This document shows positions 24,219-39,200 of a stretch of 44,801 nucleotides of DNA, in pieces. The notes under the pieces are model-generated. The model worked only from the letters and a program-made list of their open reading frames with translations, ran no database searches and was not told where the DNA came from. This stretch comes from Octopus sinensis (taxonomy: Eukaryota), in assembly GCF_006345805.1 (NCBI RefSeq), contig NW_021834855.1, positions 1 to 44,801 of the forward strand, written 5' to 3'. How positions within the stretch are numbered: the first letter of the stretch is position 1; each line of letters starts with the position of its first letter. The position numbers and the translations under genes were made by a program.

Positions 24219-24479
24219 CCTAGAAGGATACCTTTAAAACGACCAGGGCCCATTCACTCTCAATTGGCTTACTGCGCCTTTCGACATCAGCCGGAGTATT
24301 TCCACGTCCCGTTGCTCATATGCCAGTTAACCCAAATCTGGGATCCCAACAGGGGCTACTGCTCCGGACCAGAGTAGAACTGGGAACAATAATGGCTAAG
24401 GGGTGATTACACACAGCTCGAAACCTTGAAAATTCTGAACAAGAGCTCCACCACGAGATGCCGTTTAAACCATAGCCAG

Positions 24480-26214
<1,735 letters not shown>

Positions 26215-26476
26215 TGTGTGTGTGTGTGGGTGTGTGTGTGTGTGTGTGTGTGTGAGTGTGTGTGTGGTGTTTGCGTGAGTTATGTACACAGCTAACACAC
26301 CGCGAATACATATAGTGAATTGCAAGAGATAATAAGATATGCAGATAAAGTTTCAGAGCAAAATTTTATCACCAACTATATAAACTCAGTCCTCTTCGAC
26401 CTACAATTAGTTTGTTAAGTGCCAACGCACGAAGCTCTCGGACCCTGAGTCACTCTGTTACTTCTGCTAAATATGA

Positions 26477-26710
<234 letters not shown>

Positions 26711-26743
26711 CACACATATATATATATATATATCTATATATAT

Positions 26744-26802
<59 letters not shown>

Positions 26803-27009
26803 AGCGCATAAAACGTTTCCTTTCCAATTAGCGTAAATCGAGACACGAAATAAATAAGTAAATCTCTAATAAACCTCTATCCAAAAATTTACCCAGAAAT
26901 ATAAACTTGGTCACGAAGTTTCCAGTCGATGAAGGAATAAGGGTACCAGAATGAATACAGGTGAGAAAATCCGACATCCCTTATTTAAAAAAATGAATAT
27001 GCACAACAC

Positions 27010-27192
27010 TGTCAACACTACACACACACACGCATACACATGTATACATACATACATGAAAACATACATACATGCATGCATACATATATATATACATATG
27101 TATACAATTGTGAATATGTACTACAGTCTCAACGACATATGTTTACGTGTATGTGTATATGCTTATATCTATCTATCTATTTATCTACCTAT

Positions 27193-27272
<80 letters not shown>

Positions 27273-27290
27273 TTATCTATCTATATACCT
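27010..27290. repeat. (CATA)n and (TATC)n microsatellites
   Basis: Direct reading. Confidence 0.85.
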
Positions 27291-27309
27291 GTGTATGTGT
27301 GGAACCTAA

Positions 27310-28140
27310 TATCTTAGTCCAGTGTACAAGATTAGTTGTGGTTGGCTCATTCATCTACCTTGGCAGCGCACTCTCCAGAGATGGATCCCTTGATTCTGAA
27401 ATAAACCTGAGAATTGAAAAAGCCAGCAAAGCATTTGGAAGGCTTGACGATCGCGTGTGGTCTGATAGAGGTATCACCTTCAAAAGCAAGCTTATTATCC
27501 GAATCTTGCATTTTATCAGTCCTCCTGTACTCTTCTGACACCTGGACGACATATCGGCACCACATCAAGGCTTTAGAAAGCTTCCATCAGATACTAGACA
27601 TCAAGAAAGATACAAGACATGAAATGGAAATTTTTAACACCAGACACCGTTGTTCTTCAGCAAGCTAACACATCCAGTATTGAAATGATCCTCATACGCA
27701 ACAAAATGCGTTGGGTTGGGCCCCTTGCAAGGATGCAGGATGACAGGTTGCCAAAGCAATTATTTTACGGGGAGTTGCAGTATTGCAAACGTCCGAGACA
27801 TAAACCTAAGAAACGTTTCAGGGATGCTGTCATAAAACAACCTTAACGCTCTTAATGTCAAAGTTGAAGACTGGGAGCAGATGACGCAAAATCTATCGGT
27901 TTGAAAAGAAATGATCTACACTAGTTTAAAGCATTTGAAGAGAGAAGTATGGAACAATCCATCTTGAAATGAGCACTTCGTAGTCAGGACTTAACCACAA
28001 TCCCAGACACTTAACTGCTTTAAAATATTTGTAAGATCTACAGTAGAGTTTGTTTGTCAAGAGCAGCACTTGGTAGTCATATAAGATCTCATGACAGTAT
28101 TTATTAACTGAAGAGATGGCCTCCTTCTGTAAAGAAGTGG
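27310..28140 (+). pseudogene. RTE-clade LINE RT C-terminal fragment
   Basis: FIYLGSALSRDGSLDSEINLRIEKASKAFGRL..VW; SVLLYSSDTWTTYRHHIKALESFHQ; MRWVGPLARMQDDRLPKQLFYGEL..KPKKRFRD. Confidence 0.9.
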
Positions 28141-28150
28141 CAATCATAAT

Positions 28151-28154
<4 letters not shown>

Positions 28155-28222
<68 letters not shown>

Positions 28223-28227
28223 CATAC

Positions 28228-28269
<42 letters not shown>

Positions 28270-28299
28270 CATACATATATATATACATATATATAATAT

Positions 28300-28344
<45 letters not shown>

Positions 28345-28746
28345 ACACACGCGCGCACATACACACTCACCACACACATATATACAAACACATACGTATA
28401 TTGATGTGCCTCCGTGGAAAACTTGTAGGTCATTAAAAGGATATATTTGGAACACACACACACACACACACATACATGCACACACTGAGATAAACACACA
28501 CATACACATACGTACACACACATTGTCTTGGCAGCTGCTACTATCCCACGGCTATTAATATATATAGGGTTACCGACAGATTAATCCCCACCACACTGAT
28601 ACATGAGTGTGAGTGCGTACGTATCTGTGTGAGTGCATGTGTGTATGTATGTATGTATGTATGTATGTATGTATGTATGTATGTATGTATGTATGTATAT
28701 TATATATATATATATATATATTATATATATTATATATATAATATAT

Positions 28747-28778
<32 letters not shown>

Positions 28779-28800
28779 TATATACATATATATATATAGA

Positions 28801-28851
<51 letters not shown>

Positions 28852-28986
28852 CACACATACTCACACAGATACGAATATGCATATTCGTATCCACCACACA
28901 CACATTGTATATTTTAAATCGTATGATTGCCGGTTCAATGAATCTAATTAATTTTTTTATATTTGAAAACGATACCCACCAACCAC

Positions 28987-29032
<46 letters not shown>

Positions 29033-29200
29033 ACATATACACACACATACACACTCCAGACACGGACGCGCACGCACGTTACATACATACACATAAAAAC
29101 GTACGCACTGCATGTATGTGCGTATGTATGTGTCTAGGTATGTGTGCGTGTTTGGATTTGTGTGTATGTGTGTAAGAGAGTGTGTGTATGTGTGTAAGCG
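28155..29200. repeat. Microsatellite cluster (TA, CA, TATG)
   Basis: Direct reading. Confidence 0.85.
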
Positions 29201-29539
29201 AAAAACTGAGAGAAAAACTGAGTGAAGAGAAAAACAACAGCTATGGCATTTATATGATCAATGAAAACGAAGATAATACCGCGCAAGATAAATTCCAGAT
29301 TTATTGAAGTTATCTCCTCTTGAGGGGAAAGAATAAACAAATGCCTAGTGGCAGTGGTGCCCAGTTCCTCCAAATGATAAATATACCTTTACCATAATTG
29401 CGTTCAATTAGGACTGTGGTGAACCATCTGTGTTGAAACCTCTGCGGCACCAACCACATAAAATTTATTTGTACTTCATGAAGGAAGCCTTTCTGTTTTG
29501 GCTCTTTACCAGTTGTGCTATCTCTGCTGCTCTGTCACG

Positions 29540-29684
29540 ATATGTTAGCTATGAACTACCAACAGCATAGTCCCACGTTCTGTCCCACTGCGTGACATCT
29601 TCGGCAAGTGTCTCCTACTGTAGCCTCGGACTAACCAAAGTCTTGTGACTGGATTTGGTAGACGGGAACTAAAAGAAGCTCGCC

Positions 29685-29685
<1 letters not shown>
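29540..29685 (+). mobile_element. SINE family B, degenerate
   Basis: gtcccactgcgtgacatcttcggcaagtgtc...ggatttggtagacgggaact. Confidence 0.7.
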
Positions 29686-29750
<65 letters not shown>

Positions 29751-29805
29751 ATACGTTAAATATTGTTGTGCAAGATTTTTTATGTGAAGTCGTGTGTTGA
29801 AACAG

Positions 29806-30223
29806 ATATTGTTATATTTCGGAATGGTCATTTTGCCAGTGTAGCCAATAAAAACACACGCACTATATATTGGTGTTATTTTGCTTCAGTGTTATTTATT
29901 TTTTACATTAATCTTAATCTTATTTCGGCCAGAGTTCTTTCATCACACTCCTGTGACCGCTTCAGTGGACCTTTGTTTTCTTCTTTCTTATTTGTGTCTC
30001 TCCTTACTAACCGTCAGCCATGTAAGGAGAGACACAAATAAGAAAGAAGAAAACAAAGGACCACTGAAGCGGTCACAGGAGTGTGACGAAAGAGCTCTGG
30101 CCGAAATAAGATTAAGATAATGTAAAAAATAAATAACACTGAAGCAAAATAACACCAAATATATAGTGCGTGTGTTTTTATTGGCTAAACTGGCAAAATG
30201 ACCATTCCGAAATATAACAATAT
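29806..30223. repeat. Near-perfect ~420-bp palindrome (~200-bp arms, 14-bp spacer)
   Basis: 29806-30007 is the reverse complement of 30022-30223 with few mismatches. Confidence 0.95.
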
Positions 30224-30289
30224 ATTATATATATATATATATAAACGGGGGGGGGTGCACGTAACGCCGCAATAATATAAGAATAAATG

Positions 30290-30600
30290 TTTTATATATA
30301 AAGAACGTGAAATACAGGAAGGGACAAACACGGAACACAGACAAATCATTCGAAGCCTTCAATCTTCAGTCAGACACCGAATCATCATAGCAAATTTCGG
30401 CTGTTCAATTCTGATATTTGCTCCAACTCGGCCAGCCCCAAGAAAAAAACTAAGCTGTAAGCATTAGATTTCTTGGTAGAAGACAGGAATGTGAACGCAC
30501 GAGACGGATGTAAATACGAGAGACGAAAACGAAATTGAAAACGGTAACGGTTAAACAAAATATAATATAACGGTGGTTGTCATACGACTTTAGACCAAAT
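30290..30600 (-). mobile_element. Diverged copy of the 24975/25838 terminal repeat
   Basis: cattcgaagccttcaatcttcagtc...ggccagcccc...agcattagatttcttgg. Confidence 0.75.
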
Positions 30601-30741
30601 GAGACAAAAACAACAAACATAGCAGCTGGCGTAGAAATAATTACCTTTTCGGTAGAGGGGACAAATACAGATGTTGGCGAGATACGATCGCCAACGAAAT
30701 GGTGGAGAAGCAGCAGGTTGCAGGGGAGAGAGAGAAAGAGA

Positions 30742-30792
<51 letters not shown>

Positions 30793-30819
30793 TATATATT
30801 CTTTTCTTTTAGTTTTTAT

Positions 30820-31010
30820 TCTTTTACTTGTTTCAGTCATTTGACTGCGGCCATGCTGGGACACCGGCTTTAGTCGAGCAAATCGCCCCTAGGATTATCT
30901 ATCGGTCTCTTTTTGCCGAACCGCTAAGATACGGGGACGTAAACACGCCAGCGTCGGTTATCAAGCGATGTTGGGTGGGTGGGTGGGAGGACAAACACAG
31001 GCGCACAAAC
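30820..31010 (+). mobile_element. Repeat family C copy
   Basis: gtttcagtcatttgactgcggccatgctgg...ttttgccgaaccgctaag. Confidence 0.85.
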
Positions 31011-31679
31011 ATACATACATACATACATGCACACGTCATGTCATATCTTATCAGTCTGCGTACTAATGAAATACATCATGTCGAAACACCGATGTGCCAG
31101 AATCCCTTGTGCCAATGAGCCGTTTGTTCCACGAACACGTCGTCGTTTTAAAAGAGAGAAGTTGTTCTTCTGTGACGTTCTCAACAGTGACTAACATATT
31201 TGCGTTCAAATCTGCCGGAACGTACTTAGAATAAACATGCAAATCTTAACTAAAGACCAAAGTCCAAACCTGTTAGAATATAAAAAAAACGAACTTAAGA
31301 CCTGTGTTACTTCCTGACGAGCAATCATCTTCCAAAAGTTACGCAAATTCTTCTGCATTTTTTTTCCTACCGAGAGAAATGAATAAGTTTGTACTCCTGT
31401 TTCTTTGAGTTGTTTTTCGTTTGTGAGATCAAGAGATGATGCAGACCTTTCTTCCAAAAATATAGGATTGAATATCTATGAGGAATAGAAACTGGAGAGC
31501 GTACCTTTTGATGCAAGTCTGATGAAATACCACTCCAAGGTAACCAACCGCAAATATTGCGTGACTTTTCACATGGAATCATTTACACGAAATGGCATTA
31601 ACAACAAAGTGGAACCGAAACAGTTGTATCTAACATTAAACCTTAACATGTGCTAACAACGGTCTTTGAAGGCTCATAT

Positions 31680-31845
31680 TGTCGTTCAATGCTCGAAAGG
31701 AAGAGTAGATAGACAGCCGACAACTGATGAAGGGTCGTTCTTTGTGTTATTTGTCCTGTTATCCATTTGTTTCTCGCTGTTTGCGTATTGAACTAATTTG
31801 TTTTCGTATCTCATGTTGTTTACTGTTGGGGACGTCCTGTACTCA
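31680..31845 (+). repeat. Dispersed repeat (Penelope-type tail), second copy at 32570-32737
   Basis: Both read gctcgaaa...aactgatga.gggtc.ttcttt...tttgcgtattgaactaattt. Confidence 0.7.
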
Positions 31846-31973
31846 TATATGCATATATATGTTTGTATGTATATATATATATATACATACTTTTATATAC
31901 ATATATATATACATTTATATATATATGCTTATATATATGCATATATATATATATATCTACATGTGTATATATA

Positions 31974-32039
<66 letters not shown>

Positions 32040-32201
32040 ATATATATTATTTATATTATTATTTGATTGAACGCCACGCATCCATTTCCAAGAAAGTTTA
32101 TCTTAATCTTTTTTTGATGCGACTACTCTATACTGTTTTCTCCCTCGTCGTTTTCTCTCATCCTTTTCTCTAATACCCTTTTTCTCCTCACTCACCGTTT
32201 T

Positions 32202-32237
<36 letters not shown>

Positions 32238-32739
32238 CTTTCTCCTTTTTCCCTCTCTCTCGCTCTCTCGTTGCTCAAACGTGACCATCGTCCAGCTTTC
32301 TTTTCCTCACATGATCATCTTTCTTTTCTTTTAGGACTGTCCTAAGGACTGGATGTATCCTATCTCTCTCTTCTATCTATTCTCTTGTCAAAGAAAATAT
32401 TTCTCCAGATCTCGCTATTTTACCCTCGTTTTGGTCTAACGACCCTCCGTTTTCGCTCGGTTTCCTTGTATGTCTCCACTGTCTTGTTTTTCTTCCCAAC
32501 TTTGATCCTCCATAAATCCCCAATTTTATTTTGGTACTTATGGGAGCAACTGTCTTCGAAGACTCATATTATCGTTCAGTGCTCGAAAAGAGGAGTAGGT
32601 AAGCAACCGATAACTGATGAGGGGTCATTCTTTATGCTACTTGTCCTGTTTTCCATTTGTTTCTCTCGTTGTTTGCGTATTGAACTAATTTTTTTTCGTA
32701 TTTCATGTTGTTTACAGTTGGTGATGTCCTGTTCCCATA

Positions 32740-32943
32740 TTGCAGCGTGAAAGGTGTTTATAAGCCATTTAAAAACACGACAAAATTGCATGCTGCACTT
32801 CAGCAGCACGGAATTTTATCAGTGAATAGGTCGCGGTCTCTAAGCTACGAAAATATTTTGGCAAAATAAATTTAAATGTTGAAGTGAATATAACGTTTTT
32901 TGTGTGTTTATAAATGGCTTATAAATACCTTCCACGCTGCAAC
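32740..32943. mobile_element. MITE with ~40-bp TIRs
   Basis: TTGCAGCGTGAAAGGTGTTTATAAGCCATTTA vs reverse complement of TAAATGGCTTATAAATACCTTCCACGCTGCAA; TA on both flanks. Confidence 0.85.
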
Positions 32944-33009
32944 TAATTTTGTTTCAGTACACGATCTCAGATCAGGTCATTTGCAATGCAAGTACATCTC
33001 CGTAATGTA

Positions 33010-33013
33010 TACA

Positions 33014-33044
<31 letters not shown>

Positions 33045-33081
33045 GTGTATGTGTATGTGTGTGTATGTGTATGTATGTATG

Positions 33082-33113
<32 letters not shown>

Positions 33114-33135
33114 TGTATGTATGTATATATGTTTG

Positions 33136-33178
<43 letters not shown>

Positions 33179-33296
33179 CACCTATATATATATGTGTGTG
33201 TGTGTGTGTGTATTATTTATATTATGTATGTAGGTAGGTAGGCAGGTAGCTAGCTAGGTAAATCGGTAGGTAGGTGAGTAGATAGGTAGGTAAGTG
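33010..33296. repeat. (TG)n, (TATG)n, (TA)n, (TAGG)n microsatellites
   Basis: Direct reading. Confidence 0.9.
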
Positions 33297-33600
33297 AAGG
33301 CGCGTGGCTTAGTGGTTAGTGTTTTCAGCTCACCATCGCAAGATCGTGAGTTCGATACCTTGCAGCGCATTGTGTTATTGAGCAAGATTCTTTATTTAAT
33401 ACGTTGCTCCAATCCACTCAACTGGCAAAAGTGAGTTGTACCTGTAATTCAAAAGGAGCCAGCCTCGTCACATTCTACAGAGAACAACATTAAGCATACG
33501 CGTGTCTGTGGAGTGCTCAGCCATTGGCACGTTAATTTCACAAGCAGGTTGTCCTGGTGATCGGATCAACTGCAACCCTCGTTGTCGCAACCGACGAAGT
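33297..33600 (+). mobile_element. SINE family D-related copy with tRNA head
   Basis: A-box ggcttagtggtt, B-box gagttcgatacc; body gtgtctgtggagtgctcagcc...ttaatttcac. Confidence 0.8.
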
Positions 33601-33699
33601 ACAAGTTAAGGTAGCTAGGTGGGTAGGTATGATTGTATGAGAAACAGGCAAAATCTCTTGTTTTGTAAGTTTGCCCTGTTTCTAATTATACCGTATGCC

Positions 33700-34075
33700 A
33701 CATATATATAACTAACACTATGACACAGCAACGCCGGGTCATAATGCTAGTGCATGCATATACAGCTGCGTGCGTGTGCACATACACGCAAGTACTGTCC
33801 AAATCTCCGACCAATCACATACAGCTAGCTGGCATTCAATTGGCGTATCAAGTTTCGGGCATTTTGATTGGGTTTGGGATAGAAATTTCAGAAAAAAGTC
33901 ACTTCTATTGATTTTTTAATGGCTTTGCGGGATGACTGGGCAAATGTAAAGATGTGCACGACCACCCTTGGACGGTTTTTAATGACCATAGAAATTGCGA
34001 GCCCTCTAACTGAAAAATTGTGGATTTGTATAAAGGACACATACACAGACATTTTGCCGTTTAAATATAGAGAGA
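33700..34075. mobile_element. Non-autonomous Helitron termini
   Basis: Plus-strand 3'-type end gcaacgccggg..CTAG|T at 33728-33751; minus-strand 5'-type end A|TCTCTCTATATTTAA at 34075. Confidence 0.45.
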
Positions 34076-34255
34076 TATCATACCTTGATACTGCGTAAAC
34101 TAAGATCCCCGTTGACAGGTCGCTGGTATTTATAGAATGTTAAACACTTTCGGTATGCAAATTAGGGACTCCTTCATAGAATAACTGCTGCATTTGTCGA
34201 ATATATAAAAAGTGTGGCTGCTTGCGTTTCTGGATACTGTCAGAATGATATAGAC

Positions 34256-34298
34256 GCCTCTGATGAGAATCCAATAAGGTTCGAAAGTCGATTACGGT
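34256..34298 (+). ncRNA. Minimal type I hammerhead motif
   Basis: CUGAUGA 34260-66, helix II GAAUC/GGUUC (5 bp), GAAA 34283-86, self-complementary AGUCGAUU helix III, UUA site; helix I weak. Confidence 0.55.
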
Positions 34299-34385
34299 TG
34301 TTCATATTTTTTTTGTCTTCGAAGAAATGGTTAAAATTTGCCTCGTTTATAATTATACCGTATGTTACATACATATAAATACATA

Positions 34386-35103
34386 TAGTAAAATCTCGTA
34401 GTACGAGTGCCCCATTGTACAAGTAATTTGCTGTACTAGCTGAGACTCGTGCGAATTTTTGTCTTTAAGTACGAGTGGAAATCCTCAGTACGAGCACACA
34501 CATCATCCCATCTTTAAAGGTAATTCAGTTAATAAAACCAGTTTACATATTTCTTTTGCATTCTCTTTTTTCATAATTGTCATTTTACTTGTAACTGCAC
34601 CGTTTCCATTTTAAAACCCATAAATATTTTTGAGTAGTTTTTTTTTGGTGGGGCGGGCGGATTCTTTCATTCTTTTATTGGTTTCAGTCATTTGACTGTA
34701 GCATGCTGGAGCACCACCTTTAGACGAACAAATCTAGCCCAAGACTTTTCTTTGTAAGCCTAGTACTTATCCTATCGGTCTCTTTTGCCAAACCGCTAAC
34801 CTGCGGTGACGTAACTACACCAACATCGGTTGTCAAGCACTGGTAGGGGGACAAACACAGACACACAAACACACACACACATATACTCTTACTCTCTTTT
34901 ACTCCTTTACTTGTTTCAGTCATTTGACTGTGGCCATGCTAGAGCACCGCCTTTAGTCGATCGAGCAAATCGATCCCAGGACTTATTCTTTGTAAGCCTA
35001 GTACTTATTCTATTGGTCTCTTTTGCCGAACCGCTAAGTTACGGGGACGTAAACACACCAGCATCGGTTGTCAAGCGATGTTAGGAGGACAAACACAGAC
35101 ACA

Positions 35104-35183
<80 letters not shown>

Positions 35184-35447
35184 CATATATATATATACGA
35201 CGGGCTTCTTTCAGTTTCCATCTACCAAATTCACTCACAAGGCTTTGGTCGGCCCGAGGTTATAGTAGGAGACACTTGCCCAAGGTTCCACGCAGTGGGA
35301 CTGAACCTGGAACCATGTGGTCGGGAAGCAAGCTTATTACCACACAGCCAGTTAATTTCAATAGGAAAAATTGTTTTGTAAAACGAGCAAATCGTAAAAC
35401 GAGATCACTAATGGAACGAATTAAACTCGTACTGCGAGGTATCACTG
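34386..35447. mobile_element. Tigger/pogo-like non-autonomous element interrupted by SINEs
   Basis: TIRs tagtaaaatctcgtagtacgag vs cagtgatacctcgcagtacgag (17/22 by eye), TA flanks. Confidence 0.55.
34670..35350 (-). mobile_element. Bipartite SINE (B+C) plus an extra tandem C half
   Basis: C 34670-34870, C 34895-35105, microsatellite, B 35197-35350. Confidence 0.85.
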
Positions 35448-35999
35448 TATGTGAGCGAAAGGGTTATTGCGTGTATTTAAATTCCAGCATATTACGTATC
35501 CAGATACCGTCGTAACCGTGACTGAGACAAAACGGATAAGATTAAAAGAATGTAATAATGACAAAGTAAACATGACTCAACCGTCTGCGTTAGCTAAACG
35601 CTGTCTATGAAATTATTTACTGCTAATGTCAAACAAACCTCCGATTTGACTATCAGCGCATGCGCGGTTGGCTAATAGACACAAAAGTAAGACGTTCTCT
35701 GACTAATGTCTGAGTGAATTACTCGAGATATGAATGACAACGGCTTGAATTGATAAAGTAATTTTTATACGGTCATCAATCTCTGTCACAATAGTCATGT
35801 GAACTGAGGCCAACGAGCGAGATTTTTTTGCAAAGCGGTGAACAATGCTATTTTCAGGTCCTGGGGTGCAGAATGGTCGGAAATATTCTCAGAACTCAAA
35901 GATTCAAAGATGGTGCTGTGCATTCATTTTTTTTACTTTTGTTTTTAATGAGAAGGATATAGATTGATGGAGAGAGAGAGAAAGAGAGGTGGGGAGAAA

Positions 36000-36095
36000 A
36001 AGGAGAAGAAGAAGAAGAAGAAGAAGAAGAGAAGAAGAAGAAGAAGAAGAAGAAGAAGAGAAGAAGAAGAAGAAGAAGAAGTAGAAGAGGAAGAA

Positions 36096-36159
<64 letters not shown>

Positions 36160-36245
36160 TACAACAACACCAACAACAACACCACCAACAACAACAGCAA
36201 CAGCAACAACAACAACAACAACAACAACAACCGCAGCAACCACAA
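36000..36245. repeat. Compound trinucleotide tract (GAA)n-(GAT)n-(CAA/CAG)n
   Basis: Direct reading. Confidence 0.95.
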
Positions 36246-39200
36246 CTTTCAATAAATTTATTCGAGAACAGCACCTCCAACTCCGCCCTCACTTTCTTTT
36301 TCAAGTAAAACTTGAAGAAGTCGATGAGTTATCTACCAAAGAGGAATGTATCTGTTCTCATGCCTTTCAACCTCGTTCACTACACAACCTCTTTCGCCGC
36401 CACCACCAGGCAAAGGAAAACTGCGTCGTCTACCCGATTAAAGGAGGGTGGCAGGACAATGCTCGGACACTGAACTAGTTCGTGCAGAACGGTTTCGTCG
36501 ATCTGCCTGCACCTTGGATAATCCGGTCTGACAGCACATTCGTGCCTGTGAAGTCTATCTCGAATCGGTTGCACCACCCCCACCACCACCGGTAGCACTT
36601 TCAAGCCAAGAACATGGAAATTATCAATGATAGTCCTTGGCTGGAAAATCCTCTGGAAGAGACTAGCTTCTTCGTTTTTCGTCGACTCCCGGAATCTCCC
36701 TGAGCGCATCATCGCACTTCCCCGCCACTAATTAAAGTGAAATGCTCATCGGTCCCATTGTCCGATTCATAGAGGGTTGTGAACGCCTGACGATACTCTA
36801 GGTGCCAGACACCCAGTTTCAGTATTTCCTTGAACCAAGACTACTGCTCCGTCAAAGAGACGAACTGCGGAAAGATGTGCTTCACAATAGTAACGATAAT
36901 AATTGAAGGAAAGACTGAACCTGGGCGCCTGGGACCTGCCCTGATGCAATATCAGGCAGTGACCCTCATGGCCTTTGATCTTAACTGATTGGAATTCTTA
37001 TCATATACATTGTTTTAATTTAGTATAAAAGATGGGCTACAGTAAATATTCTGCTCAATACCACAGATTTGCTTGTCAGTTGCTTGACCATAACCAGTTA
37101 AGCATGTCCCTTAGTGGCTGACGTCGGAGTGCGTAACGTTGGGAATTTGTGAGGTTAGTCCAGGACTTCTGTCTATTTGTTTTAAGGCTTTCTCTAATGC
37201 CTGTCTGACAAGATTCAAGAAATTCCAGTAGTGCTTGTGAACGTTCATCCCGAACTTCATCTGGATACCAGTTGGGATTCTTTTCAATCCACACATCTGC
37301 TCAGAACCATGTAGCACGCGTCCGTCCCGATCCGTCAAAAACCTGATCGTGGTTCTGTTTCCATGTCCCGTCTCCACGGCTGGAGCCCATCGGACGGCTT
37401 TAGTTCCCTCAAGTTTTAGCGCACAGGCCTAGCTCTGACAACACAACCTTCGTGTTTCACCTCAAAGAAATGGTCAAGAGTCATTCTCACCGCTAACACG
37501 TCAGTCGCGATCCCTTTACTAATCGCCTCCTCTAGTTTGCTAGCTAGTTTTCCCTCTTATCTGTTTCTTTCTATTGCTAATTCTTTGCTAAACTCTATCG
37601 ATTCTGTTCTAATCGCCCTCTTCAGGGTTATCCACTACCAGTTGTTAACGATTGCCCCCGTCAACTGTTGCTTAACTAGATTGCTAATCCGGTCCCTGTA
37701 GTCTTTGCGCCCCAGAAAGGTCGTGTTCACCTTCCAATAACTGGGGCCCTGTCTACGCGTCCTATCTAAATCGTCTGTGCAGATCACAAATTTGTGGTCT
37801 GTGTAGCCGACCAATTTGAATGGTAGACACCTTATGTTATCCTTATCCGCTGACCTAACAAACACTTTATCTAGATACGATCTGGATGATCCATTGTGAT
37901 TTCTCCTTGGCCACACTGGCACATCAGGGAAATCCAGTTAGACAGGTGGAAATTTCTGAGCAGGTTTTCGAGGCTTTTATACCCACTTCTTCTATGTACA
38001 AAACCCACACAGTCCTTCCGTGCTTCCAAAATACTATTCCAGTCTCCCACTAGTACTAAAGTGTTGAGACGTTCCCAAGAATGTTTCTAGACGCCTGAAG
38101 AAATCTGGCCTTCCAGCCCTTGTCGGAGCTGACAAAGGTTGGGAGGCCAATCTAAAGGTACAATTTTCACTGCCATTCACATTTAGCATCACCAGCCTAC
38201 TGTTTGGGTCCAAGAATATTGCCCCTACTTTGAGACCTAAGGATTTTCTGAATAACACTGCAACACCGCCACCCGTTCCCGACAGACAAGACGAGAATGC
38301 TTGTAGTCTTCGAAAATGGATGCAAGAGCTTGTTTCCCGGCAATTCTTGTCTCACTAATTGCTGTCACCTCTAAATTTAAGAACCTGAGATCGTTGAGCA
38401 GGTGACCCTACTTCCAAGCCGAACCCAAGCCCCGAGCACACCCAACTCTAAGTGTAGCCATTTAAATTAGAGGAAAGAAAATAGAGTTACGTACCTTGGT
38501 CTTCAGGGATGACTGTTGACACAGTCTTCTTTTTGGTCGAAGGGTGAGTCGGGAAAGGTTTTTCTAGAAAGCTTTTTGAGGGGTGCTTACTAAACCCTCC
38601 AATGCCCTGGGGGAATTTCTATTCCAAATCAAGATACGTATCCGTATCTGTTTGGATTAACATCCTATCCGGTGGAGTTTTCGGGAAGAGTTTCTCAAAA
38701 CCTTCTCTACTTGTAATGTTTTGTTATTAATAACTTTCTCAAATAATTCAATGTTGCTCTTCTGAACAACAGTAAAGTTGCTGAAGGAAGCCATTACCCG
38801 AGAGTGTGACTATTGGTCATTTTGTTTTTCAGGTGTTACTCTTTGTTTTTGTGTTTTTTGTGGTTGTGAATGTGTTTGTGAAAATGGGTTGTCTTGTAAT
38901 GAATATGTTGATGTTGGTGTTGAATTGTTTTTTAAATTATTGTGGCGGATTTTGTTTTTTTATCGCTATGTCTTACGGCCTTCAATTTGGACCGGTCTGT
39001 TTCATATTCAATTTTTCCGACAAAGGCCTTTTGGTGCGATGTCAATGAGGACATTGCTTTTTGCGAGGCCTGAGTCGGAGGAAGGAAGCAGATTCGAGGC
39101 AATTGTTTTATCCCCATCGTGACGAGTTGGTAGTAACGGTGGAGAGCTTTGTGATTTCTCCACCGCAGGGCAAAAATCTTTGATGTAGTTCGAATTCCCA

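Noticed and set aside
36980-37102. Apparent piggyBac-like MITE (CTTAACTGATT ... AACCAGTTAAG)
   Set aside because: The inverted match is only 11 bp including the TTAA, lacks CCY termini, and the non-Tx1 sequence appears to extend beyond it; probably chance.
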